Assembly (NCBI GenBank): GCA_003646025.1
Contig: QNDR01000001.1
Span: 3,837 to 67,836, forward strand
Direction: 5' to 3'
DNA: 64,000 bases
Origin: Candidatus Fermentibacterota bacterium
GTDB taxonomy: Bacteria; Fermentibacterota; Fermentibacteria; Fermentibacterales; JCC-6
Shown here piece after piece: positions 44,260 through 53,902 of this stretch. Within the stretch, counting starts at the first letter, position 1. Each line of letters begins with the position of its first letter. The notes below the pieces were generated by a model. That model was given only the letters and a program-made list of their open reading frames with translations, ran no database searches and was not told where the DNA came from. Made by a program: the position numbers and the translations under genes.

Positions 44260-44919
44260 CTAGAGAGCAGCCTTGATTGATGCCCAGGTGGCAGGGGCAA
44301 GAGCTGAACCTGATGCCACGAGGTTGAAGTCATCCCAATAGATTGAACTTCCACCGTCGCTGAAAATGTCTACAGCGTCGAACTGGTAGATCTGGCTTGT
44401 GGGGCTCCATGGAATGGTTTCAAGGAGAGTGCCGTTGTAGTAGATGCTCTGGGTGTCTGCAGCGAGGTCGATCTCAACCTTAACTTCCACCCACTGATCG
44501 TAAACGATACCTGTTGTGGCTGTACCCTCAACAGTGCTTACAACACCGGCATCGGAGTCAAACTTCATGTCCAGAGCCCAGTCGCTGTCTGAACCCATGT
44601 ACACTGTAAGAAGAATGAAGTACTGTGCACCTGTTGAGCCGGTTGGAATGTAGTTCCAGGCCGTGATAGTAGCTGTACCGGACATGATGTTGAACTCCTG
44701 AACCATGTCTGAAGTAGGTGTAATATCTACGGAATTAGGTGCGCTCTTTGCCTGTGTGGTGGTAATGTAGGCTTCAGCTGCAGGATTGTTGTCCCAGCAG
44801 AACCAGCCGCCCTGGCCATTGAGACCGCTGCCGGCGGTGTAGGAGTCGAAGTTGTCACTCCAGTCTGCTGATGCAAGTGATGCAAGCAGCAGTACAAGTG
44901 TTACTGCAAGATATCTCAT
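44260..44919 (-). CDS. secreted hypothetical protein (beta-rich, possibly lectin/LamG-like)
   Basis: Signal peptide MRYLAVTLVLLLASLASA. I recognise no catalytic motifs. Confidence 0.5.
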   Translation of the reverse strand: MRYLAVTLVLLLASLASADWSDNFDSYTAGSGLNGQGGWFCWDNNPAAEAYITTTQAKSAPNSVDITPTSDMVQEFNIMSGTATITAWNYIPTGSTGAQYFILLTVYMGSDSDWALDMKFDSDAGVVSTVEGTATTGIVYDQWVEVKVEIDLAADTQSIYYNGTLLETIPWSPTSQIYQFDAVDIFSDGGSSIYWDDFNLVASGSALAPATWASIKAAL

Positions 44920-45047
44920 ATTTCCCCTTCCTCATTAACGTTGGTTACTAATCGCAAGGGTGTTAATAACCTAAATATTCGCTGCAGTCAAGTGCATACC
45001 GAGGTCTCAAGTGTTATAAATATGAGGAACCTGCATGGGGAGGTGAT

Positions 45048-46022
45048 ATGCAGAACAGCAAAGACTGGTCAGAGAATCATCTGAAAAAGCTGATTGTTGA
45101 GCAGAGAAAACATCTGTGGCGTGATGACACCATCGAAATGTACTCGAAGTGGTTAAATCTCATGCAGGGTATGACAGTTGTCGATGTCGGATGTGGTCTC
45201 GGTTACCTGGGCTGGACATACTGGAAGTATTTTGGACAGGGAGGCAGATACTTTGGTCTTGATCAGTCTTCAAAGCTTCTTGAAGAAGCCTCGAAACTCA
45301 GCGAAGACTGGTCACGCGGGGGTATCGCTTCTTTTCAGGAGGGTGATGCCTACCAGCTGCCGTACCCGGATAACTTTTCCGACTGGACGATGTGCCAGAC
45401 ATTGCTGATGCATCTTGAGTTTCCGGAGAAGGCTCTGGCCGAAATGGTGAGAGTCACCAGACCTGGTGGACTGATAATGTGCAACGAACCGGATAATGTT
45501 TCTGCTTCTCTGAAAACTTTTTTCGCAAACGGGATTTCCTACAGTGATGACTATGCTGTGCAGCACCACCGCATTCTGCTCACCTGGGCCAGAGGAAGAA
45601 AGAAACTGGGCTTCGGAGACTATTCCATTGCAGTGAAAATACCGTGGATGATGCACAATCTGGGTCTTGTTGAAATAGATTCCAGATGCAATGACAGCTG
45701 TAACTTCATTCAGCCTCCCTACGAAACCCCTTTTCAGAAGTATCAACTGGAGCTGGCAACACGGAATATGAGAAAAAAGCAGGATACGGGAGGCACAGAA
45801 GACCGTAAGAGGGGTAAGAAAGAATTCAAAGAATTCTACCTGGCAGGCGGTGGCTCACTTTCATCGTACTACAGATTCATGAAAAAGGCTGACAGAGTCA
45901 GCGAAGAGTACGAACAGGCGTTGAAAGGCAGTATAGAATCAGGAGAGATGCGTAGAAGCTGGGGGGGGAGTTCTTTTTTCTGTATAAAAGGTCGTAAAGC
46001 TGAACTGAAGGTGGAAGAATGA
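45048..46022 (+). CDS. class I SAM-dependent methyltransferase
   Basis: Motif I VVDVGCGLGYLG. Confidence 0.7.
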   Translation: MQNSKDWSENHLKKLIVEQRKHLWRDDTIEMYSKWLNLMQGMTVVDVGCGLGYLGWTYWKYFGQGGRYFGLDQSSKLLEEASKLSEDWSRGGIASFQEGDAYQLPYPDNFSDWTMCQTLLMHLEFPEKALAEMVRVTRPGGLIMCNEPDNVSASLKTFFANGISYSDDYAVQHHRILLTWARGRKKLGFGDYSIAVKIPWMMHNLGLVEIDSRCNDSCNFIQPPYETPFQKYQLELATRNMRKKQDTGGTEDRKRGKKEFKEFYLAGGGSLSSYYRFMKKADRVSEEYEQALKGSIESGEMRRSWGGSSFFCIKGRKAELKVEE

Positions 46023-46501
46023 TTTTTTACGGTGTTGTTCTGGTTCTCCTGCTGCTGTCTTTCTTCTCGGACAGGAAGAAGACTTTCAAAGCATTGAAGA
46101 TAGCCTGGAATAGATTCTCCGGTATACTGCCGGCATTTGTACTGATGCTTGTCCTTGTTTCCATATCTCTCTACCTTCTTCCACATGAGCTGGTTATGAA
46201 ATACCTGGGAGAGGAAAACATTTCCCGGGGAATGGGAATTGCAATGCTGGCCGGATCGTTCGCTCTTATGCCTGGGTTTATTGTGTTTCCGCTGTGCGGG
46301 ATCCTTCGGGAACAGGGTGTGCCGTACATGGTTCTTTCAGCGTTTACAACTACTTTGATGATGGTGGGTGTTCTTACCCTTCCTGTTGAGAAGCAGTATT
46401 TCGGGATAAAAACGGCCCTTGTTAGAAACGGAACAGGCCTGATAATCGCAGTAATCGTAGCAGTTGTTACCGGGCTGGTATTTTCTGAGGTGGTGCTATG
46501 A
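46019..46501 (+). CDS. membrane protein, putative permease half (split two-component permease, DUF318-like)
   Basis: 4-TM protein that overlaps the next gene by 4 nt. Confidence 0.4.
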   Translation: MIFYGVVLVLLLLSFFSDRKKTFKALKIAWNRFSGILPAFVLMLVLVSISLYLLPHELVMKYLGEENISRGMGIAMLAGSFALMPGFIVFPLCGILREQGVPYMVLSAFTTTLMMVGVLTLPVEKQYFGIKTALVRNGTGLIIAVIVAVVTGLVFSEVVL

Positions 46502-47016
46502 AAGCCAGATTTTCCACCGTTCTCTTCGCCGTCTACATCGCGTTTGTTTTTGCTTCACTGGTGTTCGGGTTTCAGCCGGGGAAAGACATAGGCAGTAACT
46601 TCCTTACCTTCACACTGTCCATGCTGAAGATACTTCCAGGTGCTTTCATTCTTATAGGACTGTTTCAGGTCTGGGTGAGTCGTGAGAGGGTTGAAAAGCA
46701 CCTTGGTGAAGAATCATCTATTCTGAGTTTTCTGTGGGTACTGCTGCTTGCCGGAACCACCGTCGGCGGGCTTTACGTTGCATTTCCGGTGGCTTATGCG
46801 CTGTACGAAAAAGGGGCGAGAATTCAGGTGGTGCTGGCTTATATCGGATTTGCTGCAGTGAGTAGAATACCCATGATGATTTTCGAGGCTTCGTTCATGG
46901 GTATTAGGTTCACCGTTGTAAGGCTGGCTGTATCCATTCCTCTTGTGGTGGTTTCCGCAGTGGTCCTTGGAAGGTACCTGAAAGCCTCGAACTGGAAGAT
47001 GACATCTCCTCAGTAA
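46498..47016 (+). CDS. membrane protein, putative permease half
   Basis: 4-5 TM segments; partner of 46019..46501. Confidence 0.4.
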   Translation: MKARFSTVLFAVYIAFVFASLVFGFQPGKDIGSNFLTFTLSMLKILPGAFILIGLFQVWVSRERVEKHLGEESSILSFLWVLLLAGTTVGGLYVAFPVAYALYEKGARIQVVLAYIGFAAVSRIPMMIFEASFMGIRFTVVRLAVSIPLVVVSAVVLGRYLKASNWKMTSPQ

Positions 47017-47032
47017 AGTTTTTCCGGCAGAT

Positions 47033-47554
47033 TCAGATCACAGGCCTGGGGCAGATGTCTCTTCTGCCACAGGTTTCACAGAACTGCCCCATCCAGATGT
47101 TGTCGAAGTAGTTTTCCAGCAGAAGCATTTCTTCGGGATCTTCAGTAACAGTTCCGCACTCAAAATTCCTTCTGCGGTCAGACTTCATACCAAGCCCGGC
47201 TCCGGTAAGATTGGCGCTTCCAGTGTACGCAAAACGGCTGTCCACGATCACAATTTTAGTGTGGATTCGCGGGCACAGCTGCATCTCAAACCCATCTCCC
47301 CTGTGAAGCTCTGACAGTTCAGACAGGGTGTTGAGAAATGGGGCAGAAGGTTTTGCTCCATGCAGGATCCGTATGCCTACCCCTTTTCTTTGTAGCTTTT
47401 CAAAGTGATAGAGCAGGGGAAGGCTTTTGCGCCTTCCCCCGGCAACATGCAGATCCTTTACGTTAGCTGTAGCTATCCACACCCTGCTGTGCGCTTTCAG
47501 TATACCATTCTCCACAACCGCTTTGTAGTGTTCCGAGTCAAAAATCAGCTTCAC
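47033..47554 (-). CDS. phospholipase D-like (single HKD motif) protein, Nuc-type endonuclease-like
   Basis: HKD motif HTKIVIVDSRFAYTGSANLT. Confidence 0.65.
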   Translation of the reverse strand: MKLIFDSEHYKAVVENGILKAHSRVWIATANVKDLHVAGGRRKSLPLLYHFEKLQRKGVGIRILHGAKPSAPFLNTLSELSELHRGDGFEMQLCPRIHTKIVIVDSRFAYTGSANLTGAGLGMKSDRRRNFECGTVTEDPEEMLLLENYFDNIWMGQFCETCGRRDICPRPVI

Positions 47555-49440
47555 TTCACCGCTTTCCTGGCTTCTTTGTAAAGAGATTTTCTCTGCTTGG
47601 CTATGGTTGACGATACTTCGTATTTTGACAACCCGGCACTGGTTGCGTAGTTGTCAAGAAGGGCCTTTTCAGTGTCGTCAATCCTGCCGTCCGCCAGCGA
47701 CATTCGAACCATAGCTTTCAGTACTTCCATGGCCTCCGCAGTGTTGGCAGGTCTTGGAAGCTGCGCATCAGGCTGTTTAACGGTGTTGATGATGGCAGAC
47801 AGGCTGTCCTGCGATATACCCCGCTGGCCGGCAAAGGAGGCCAGCATGTCCATTTCCTTCGCATCCAGCTCTCCATCTGCATACATGGTGCTGGCCATGG
47901 CCATAAGAAGAATGTCAGCGGAAACACCTGATGTTCCTGTTACTGGAGATACAGACGCAGAGTTTATTCTGGCAGTGGTGAAGGCACCTATGGATTCAAG
48001 AACCCATGCGCCGCTTCCATCATTCAATGGTCTGCCGCAGTATTCGCATGAGCCTGAGTCGTCTCCGCTGTATGGAGCTCCGCAGCCCGGGCAGTGGGCA
48101 CTGTTAAGCTGGGTGGCAGCAAGGGTGGTGACTCCGTGTTTTCTTACCAGAGTAAATATCTGTGGTCTTATGGTTTTGGGTCCTCCGCCTTTTACATTTC
48201 CGGTGTGGTCGATCCAGCTGTTGGCAGCTGACCATTTTACGAGCACCTGTACCCGGTCAAAGTCGGTTCCCTGAACAATGCTCTGCACCTCGACCGCGCC
48301 TACTGCGGCATCGGCAAAAAACAGGTGTGAGTTCCCGTCCCTCGTACTCTCCAGACTGTTTTCGAGGGAATCAGAATACTCTGCAGTGGCCATTTTCCTT
48401 ACCGGGGCTGCACTGGATTCAAAGTAGCTCTTGATGTATCTCCAGAAAATAACTGAAGTGGTGTCTTCTATGGTTTGAAGGTTGAAAGCCGGATCGGCTT
48501 CCACCATTGCCGTGTACCCTGGAACTGCAGATGGACTGGTTGCAGTGCTCCATTCTATGGATTGCGTTATCTCACTGAGTACCCAGTCGTATTCTCCGCT
48601 GGTAACAACAGCATCACAGTACTGGCATTTACCGGAATCAGACAGCTCAAGGTGTGCTCCGCAGTTCGGGCACACACCCTCAACCAGCCCCTTCCCGGCA
48701 AGAGTCTGCGCTCCGGGCTTTCTGAGGAAACTCCAGTATTCGACAAATGTGCCGGAGTAGTTGTCTCTGATTTTCTTACCGGTAACAATGTCAACATCGG
48801 TATCTTTTGCCTTTGCAGTTATCCTGAGATGTATTGAATCGAAATGTGAATCGCTTTCAATGGAGGTAATCTCAGTTTTAAGAACCTGAACATTCTCCAT
48901 TCTGTTCCGGATACCCTGGGTTTTCTGCATATCGATCTGCAGTGAGAATCTTTCGTTCACTCCGTCACTGATGAACCGTCTGACCTTCGAAAGATCCTGG
49001 TCTGACCATGCCTGCTGAATTTCAAGGAAAGCTGCTTCAGCTTTTTTCATCAGCGCAGCTGCGGTGAACTGCGGGTCCCTCGCCTTTAATTTTGCCAGAG
49101 CGGTCTGAGTTGCCACAGAATCCTGAGACTGGTTCAGGTTCCGGTTTCCCGCCTTTTGAATAGTGCTGTACTGCATGTTCAGACGCTTTTTCTTCACGAT
49201 GATAGATATCACAATGATTATTATTACAAGAGGAATACCAATAACAGGTTGCTCTATGCATAATCTTATGAGGAAGTAGATCAGAATACCCAGTCCGTCA
49301 CCGCCTCCGCCGGAGCCCCCGGAACTGCTTCCGCCGTAGCTGTGCCCGCCTCCGGCTCTTGCAAAGGCTATGCCTGCGGTGGAAACTATCAGGACTACCA
49401 GAAACAAGGTGAAAAACGGGAATTTCTTCCTCGATATCAT
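47551..49440 (-). CDS. membrane-anchored protein with two Tim44-like domains, two zinc ribbons and a C-terminal TerB-like domain
   Basis: N-terminal TM plus a Gly-rich stretch. Tim44-like regions are present. Zinc ribbons CPNCGAHL..CQYCDA and CPGCGAPY..CEYCGRP are present. A TerB-like C-terminus is present (MVRMSLADGRIDDTEKALL). Confidence 0.5.
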   Translation of the reverse strand: MISRKKFPFFTLFLVVLIVSTAGIAFARAGGGHSYGGSSSGGSGGGGDGLGILIYFLIRLCIEQPVIGIPLVIIIIVISIIVKKKRLNMQYSTIQKAGNRNLNQSQDSVATQTALAKLKARDPQFTAAALMKKAEAAFLEIQQAWSDQDLSKVRRFISDGVNERFSLQIDMQKTQGIRNRMENVQVLKTEITSIESDSHFDSIHLRITAKAKDTDVDIVTGKKIRDNYSGTFVEYWSFLRKPGAQTLAGKGLVEGVCPNCGAHLELSDSGKCQYCDAVVTSGEYDWVLSEITQSIEWSTATSPSAVPGYTAMVEADPAFNLQTIEDTTSVIFWRYIKSYFESSAAPVRKMATAEYSDSLENSLESTRDGNSHLFFADAAVGAVEVQSIVQGTDFDRVQVLVKWSAANSWIDHTGNVKGGGPKTIRPQIFTLVRKHGVTTLAATQLNSAHCPGCGAPYSGDDSGSCEYCGRPLNDGSGAWVLESIGAFTTARINSASVSPVTGTSGVSADILLMAMASTMYADGELDAKEMDMLASFAGQRGISQDSLSAIINTVKQPDAQLPRPANTAEAMEVLKAMVRMSLADGRIDDTEKALLDNYATSAGLSKYEVSSTIAKQRKSLYKEARKAVK

Positions 49441-49511
49441 GTTGTACCTCCCGGTGGTGCATATATTCTACAGTCAGGATTGTACAAGTAGTCTATCCAT
49501 TGAGAGGCGTA

Positions 49512-50552
49512 ATGTCCATATTGGAAATCCGGAAGAGAATCGCGGAGATCAAAGGAACAGTCACCGTGGTTGTTAACGATGGAACCAGGCCATCCTCCGC
49601 CGTATATCTCAACGAGTTAAGACCTCTGCTTGAAGGAAGGGTGAGGTTTGTGTTCGCAACAGGAACCCACAGGCCTTTGACACAGCAGGAAGAGCTGTTT
49701 GTTCTTGGGTCGTCCTTTGCCGGGAAAACGCCTGCGGTAAACAATATGTGTGATGACGGAACTCATGTTTCAGTGGGTACGACATCCAGAGGAACGGAAG
49801 TTGAAATGCACCCGTGGATGCTTGAGGGTCCGGTTGTGGCGCTTGCTACAGTTGAGCCCCACTATTTTGCAGGATTTACCGGCGGGCGCAAGTCATTTCT
49901 GCCAGGGGTGTCTTCGCGGAACACAGTTGTACAGAATCATTTTCTGGCCTGCCGGTCCGGTGCGCTGCCCGGCGTGCTCCAGGGAAATCCTGTGCATGAA
50001 GACATGATGGAGGGCGCAGCACTTCTTGCTGAAAGAACGGAAATCATTATGGTCAACAGGGTGGCAGGCACAGACAAGGTATTTTGCGGTGCCTTTGATA
50101 CCTCTTTTTATCAGGCCTGCAAAGCTGCCGAGCTGCACTGCGGTGTTCCAGTGAAGAAAAGATACACTTCGCTTGAAGTCCGCCCTGGCGGCATCCTGGA
50201 AGTCAACCTTTATCAGGCAATGAAGGCTGTATTTCTGTGGGAGCAGGCAGTTGAAGACGGTGGCGAACTCGTTCTTGCGGCTGATTGTCCGGAGGGTCTG
50301 GGAGCAGAGCAGATGGAACGGCTTCTTCTCTATTCCGGTTCTGATGTTGCAGTTCCGGGTTCTGCTGAAGAATATTTACTGGGTGACCATGCCGCTCTCC
50401 GCCTCGCCAGGATAAGAAAAAGGGTTAATCTATCGTTTAGAACAGGTATTGACATGCATAGATTTGGTTTCAGCACACCTCCGGAAGAGTGCCTGGTCAC
50501 CAGGGAAGATGCCGGATTCACCTTCCCGGTAATGGAAGTTTCCAATGCGTAA
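49512..50552 (+). CDS. LarA-family (nickel-pincer-cofactor-dependent 2-hydroxyacid racemase/epimerase-like) protein
   Basis: DUF2088/LarA motifs ATGTHRP and EPHYFAGFTGGRKSFLPG. GAGAGG precedes ATG at 49512. Confidence 0.55.
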   Translation: MSILEIRKRIAEIKGTVTVVVNDGTRPSSAVYLNELRPLLEGRVRFVFATGTHRPLTQQEELFVLGSSFAGKTPAVNNMCDDGTHVSVGTTSRGTEVEMHPWMLEGPVVALATVEPHYFAGFTGGRKSFLPGVSSRNTVVQNHFLACRSGALPGVLQGNPVHEDMMEGAALLAERTEIIMVNRVAGTDKVFCGAFDTSFYQACKAAELHCGVPVKKRYTSLEVRPGGILEVNLYQAMKAVFLWEQAVEDGGELVLAADCPEGLGAEQMERLLLYSGSDVAVPGSAEEYLLGDHAALRLARIRKRVNLSFRTGIDMHRFGFSTPPEECLVTREDAGFTFPVMEVSNA

Positions 50553-51915
50553 CGCATTCAGAAGAAGAATCGTTTTTATTTTGTTTGCCAGCATGGCTAT
50601 ATGGGTGTTTCTGTGGTATACCCATGATCTGGTGAAAAAATTGAACGAATCCAACAGAAAAGACTGCGAAACAATCGCATGGCTCTGGGCAGGAGTTCAG
50701 TATCCACTCAGTGTCGCCGGGGATGAACTCGGTATCATGTCCTGTACCCAGTGCGGATATCCGGGAAAAAGGTATGAACCTGGTGTGGAAAGCGAGTCTC
50801 TGTACTGTCCGGTATGCGGAGATACAACTCTTTTTATCCATACACAACGGCTTCTGCGCGAAGAGAGGGCAGAGGTAATCGATTTTACAAGAAGACTGTT
50901 CGGGGATCTCGTCACACGGTTGGAATTCCCAACAATATTTGCCGATGCAAACAACAATCCTCAGATTGTAAACGGTCAGATCATTGATGATTTTCCTGCA
51001 GACCGGGTGATGGAGTTCAGGAAGAAAATGGAAATTCTGGAGGCACAGAATGACCCTATTCCCGTGATTGCCAGGGGAGACACAATAGGGCACCTGTTTT
51101 ACGGATCCTCACCCCTTTACACCGAGATGAAGCTGATACCATTTCTCGAACTCGCGCTGCTTCTTCTGATTGCTGCCGTTGTTTTTCTTTTCCTGCGAGC
51201 AGAGATATCCAGAGACAAGGACCTGTCCTGGGTGGGTTTTGCCAGAGAAACCGCCCACCAGATAAGTACACCGCTGTCTTCTCTTATGGGCTGGATAGAA
51301 CTGTTGAAGGACGATTCAGAGCTTTCCAGAAACTCTGATCTCAAAGATGCACTGGTTCACATGAATGCGGATGTAAAAAGACTTAACAGCATAGCTCAGA
51401 GGTACGGTCAGATGGGAAGAAAGCCAAATCTGAAGCCTATGAGCGTTGAAGCAGCAGTCTCAGGTATCGTAGACTATTTCAACGCAAGAAAAGGTCTTCT
51501 GGGAAGCGGAGTTGTTCTTGAACTTGTGCAGAGTACGGATGAGCACATCATTAACGGTAATTCAGTGTTGATCGGATGGGTAGTGGAAAATCTGGTAAAG
51601 AATGCCGTTGCGTCCTGTGCCGGTATTCCAGGTGGCGGTAAAGTTACCGTAAGCTGCGAAACTGGTGATTCACCGGCGGGTGAGATAGAAATCAGGGTTT
51701 CCGACAACGGGAAGGGCATCCCGTTCGGTGATCAGGGCAGAGTGTTTCAGGCGGGATTTACAACCAGAAAAGGCGGCTGGGGGCTTGGTCTTTCGCTGGC
51801 GAGGAGAATAGTGGAGGAGTACCACAACGGGTCAATAAGGCTTCTCTCAAGCACTCCCGGTGTGGGAACAGTTTTCAGTATTCTTCTTCCACTAAAAGGA
51901 AGAGGTAAGGATTGA
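50545..51915 (+). CDS. sensor histidine kinase (PorY-like partner) with an N-terminal TM and a Cys4 zinc ribbon
   Basis: H-box ARETAHQISTPLSSLMGW. HATPase_c G-boxes DNGKGIP and GGWGLGLSLARRIV. Zinc ribbon CTQCG...CPVCG. Confidence 0.8.
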   Translation: MRNAFRRRIVFILFASMAIWVFLWYTHDLVKKLNESNRKDCETIAWLWAGVQYPLSVAGDELGIMSCTQCGYPGKRYEPGVESESLYCPVCGDTTLFIHTQRLLREERAEVIDFTRRLFGDLVTRLEFPTIFADANNNPQIVNGQIIDDFPADRVMEFRKKMEILEAQNDPIPVIARGDTIGHLFYGSSPLYTEMKLIPFLELALLLLIAAVVFLFLRAEISRDKDLSWVGFARETAHQISTPLSSLMGWIELLKDDSELSRNSDLKDALVHMNADVKRLNSIAQRYGQMGRKPNLKPMSVEAAVSGIVDYFNARKGLLGSGVVLELVQSTDEHIINGNSVLIGWVVENLVKNAVASCAGIPGGGKVTVSCETGDSPAGEIEIRVSDNGKGIPFGDQGRVFQAGFTTRKGGWGLGLSLARRIVEEYHNGSIRLLSSTPGVGTVFSILLPLKGRGKD

Positions 51916-53468
51916 TAACGATACTCTGGGTTGATGACGAGATTGATCATCTTCAGGCACATATCAGATTTTTAAGAAAGAGAAACTACGAAGTTGTGCC
52001 TGCCAGCTCAGGGCGGGAAGCCCTTGAGATACTGAAAAGTGTACGGGTTGATCTTGTTCTGATGGATCAGATGATGGTGGGCATGGACGGGCTTGAGACT
52101 GTCTACGAGATACGCAAAAGCTACAAAGATATGCCGGTTGTAATGGTTACTCAGAGTGAGGAAGAAGAGCTGATGGACAAGGCTCTTTCAGGGACTATAG
52201 CGGATTTTCTAACGAAGCCGGTAAATCCCAGTCAGATTCTTCTTGTACTGAAGAGGCTGCTTGAATCCGGAATGCTCAAGGTCAAAAAGGCTGCGGTTGA
52301 GGTTATTTCCGAGACGGAAAGGATCCGAGCCAGCAGAAACAACGATCTGTCAGACTGGACTCATCTGTACCATTCATGGATGGAAAAAGATATCAGCCTT
52401 GGCGGTGTACTTGATCAGAAACTGCACGGTATACAGGGAGGTGGTCTTGACCAGGTTCAACTTGGTTTTTCCAGATTCATAGAAGAGAACTACCCTCGAT
52501 GGATAGCCTCCCCTTCCTCTGCACCTCTTATGGCACACAATGTTCTGGAAAGAAAAGTGGTGCCTGAACTTCTCAGAGGGAAAGGAGAGGTGGTTTTCCT
52601 CGTTGTTGACTGCATGAGGTACGATCAATGGCTGCTTATGGCAAAGTCCATAGAGCACTGGTATCACCGGGAACCTGGTTTCATGGTGGCTGGTCTTCCT
52701 TCCGCGACTCCATACAGCCGGAATTCTATTTTCAGCGGGCTGGTTCCAAGAGACATCTGGAGATTTTACAGAACCCGCTGGGTGGAAGAATACGGAGTTC
52801 CCGGGCTTAACTCCTATGAGCAGACGCTGCTGGACAACGCCCTGGGCCGGATGGGCTGGCGTACAGGGAAAGATGCTGTTTACACAAAAGTGTCTACACG
52901 TCAGGAAGGCGAAAACCTGAAGCGCGGTCTCTCGTACTTTCTCAAAAACGGATTCATGGCCGTAGTTGTAAACTTTATAGATCACCTTACCCATGGCAGG
53001 TCGGAACTTGATCTGATCAGAGATATTGCACCTGATGTGCCTGCTTTCAGAAGACTCGCAGAGGGCTGGTTTGAACACTCGTTTCTCTTTGACATGATAA
53101 AGACTCTCAGCGCAAGAGGTGCGACTATCGTTGTAACGAGTGATCACGGTTCCACCCAGGCCAACAGAATAACAACAGTACAGGGCGCCCGCGGAATATC
53201 TCACAGTGTAAGGTACAGGTTCGGTCATTCTCTTGTCGCGGATCCCAAGCATGCTATTGTTGTTAACGATCCTGCCAGGTGGGGTCTTCCCGATGACAAT
53301 CCAAGGAAGTCTTACCTGTTTGCCAGGGAAGATTATCTGCTGATGCAGAATGGTTTCAAAAAGGAAGATATGCACAAGTTCAAGGGATCTTTTCAACACG
53401 GTGGTGTTTCCCTTGAGGAAATGCTCGTACCCTGTGAAGTGCTCAGGCCCAAGAAGTACAGAGGATGA
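51912..53468 (+). CDS. response regulator with a REC domain fused to a PglZ (alkaline-phosphatase-like) domain; PorX-like
   Basis: REC motifs ILWVDDE and VDLVLMDQMM. The long C-terminal PglZ-like domain contains VVDCMRYDQW. Confidence 0.65.
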   Translation: MITILWVDDEIDHLQAHIRFLRKRNYEVVPASSGREALEILKSVRVDLVLMDQMMVGMDGLETVYEIRKSYKDMPVVMVTQSEEEELMDKALSGTIADFLTKPVNPSQILLVLKRLLESGMLKVKKAAVEVISETERIRASRNNDLSDWTHLYHSWMEKDISLGGVLDQKLHGIQGGGLDQVQLGFSRFIEENYPRWIASPSSAPLMAHNVLERKVVPELLRGKGEVVFLVVDCMRYDQWLLMAKSIEHWYHREPGFMVAGLPSATPYSRNSIFSGLVPRDIWRFYRTRWVEEYGVPGLNSYEQTLLDNALGRMGWRTGKDAVYTKVSTRQEGENLKRGLSYFLKNGFMAVVVNFIDHLTHGRSELDLIRDIAPDVPAFRRLAEGWFEHSFLFDMIKTLSARGATIVVTSDHGSTQANRITTVQGARGISHSVRYRFGHSLVADPKHAIVVNDPARWGLPDDNPRKSYLFAREDYLLMQNGFKKEDMHKFKGSFQHGGVSLEEMLVPCEVLRPKKYRG

Positions 53469-53902
53469 CAAAAGAACTCGATGTCTCCGGTCTTGAGGAG
53501 CTTGCCTGTGAGCTTGCGGCAGCTGTAAAGCCGGGAGACAGGTATTTTCTTTCCGGACCGCTCGGAGCGGGTAAGTCAACATTTGCCAGAGCATTTATCC
53601 GTTGTTTAGGAGTAGAAGGAGCCATACCAAGCCCCACATTCATTATGGATTCTGTGTATAGTATCAGGGGATCCGGTCTGGTAGTTCACCATATTGATCT
53701 TTACCGTCTGGAAGGGCGCAGGGAAGAAATGCAGATGCTCGGGTTTGAAGAGATACTTGATTCCGAAGCGGTGGTGCTGATTGAGTGGCCTGAGCGCATG
53801 GAAGATTACAGGGAAAGAAGAGGATGTACCGTATCAATTTCCAACGGTGTTACACCGAACAGCAGGAGAGTAAAGGTTGAGTGGAATCTGGCTGGGTATT
53901 GA
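53465..53902 (+). CDS. tsaE: tRNA threonylcarbamoyladenosine biosynthesis protein TsaE
   Basis: P-loop GPLGAGKSTFARAF; YjeE size. Confidence 0.8.
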   Translation: MTKELDVSGLEELACELAAAVKPGDRYFLSGPLGAGKSTFARAFIRCLGVEGAIPSPTFIMDSVYSIRGSGLVVHHIDLYRLEGRREEMQMLGFEEILDSEAVVLIEWPERMEDYRERRGCTVSISNGVTPNSRRVKVEWNLAGY

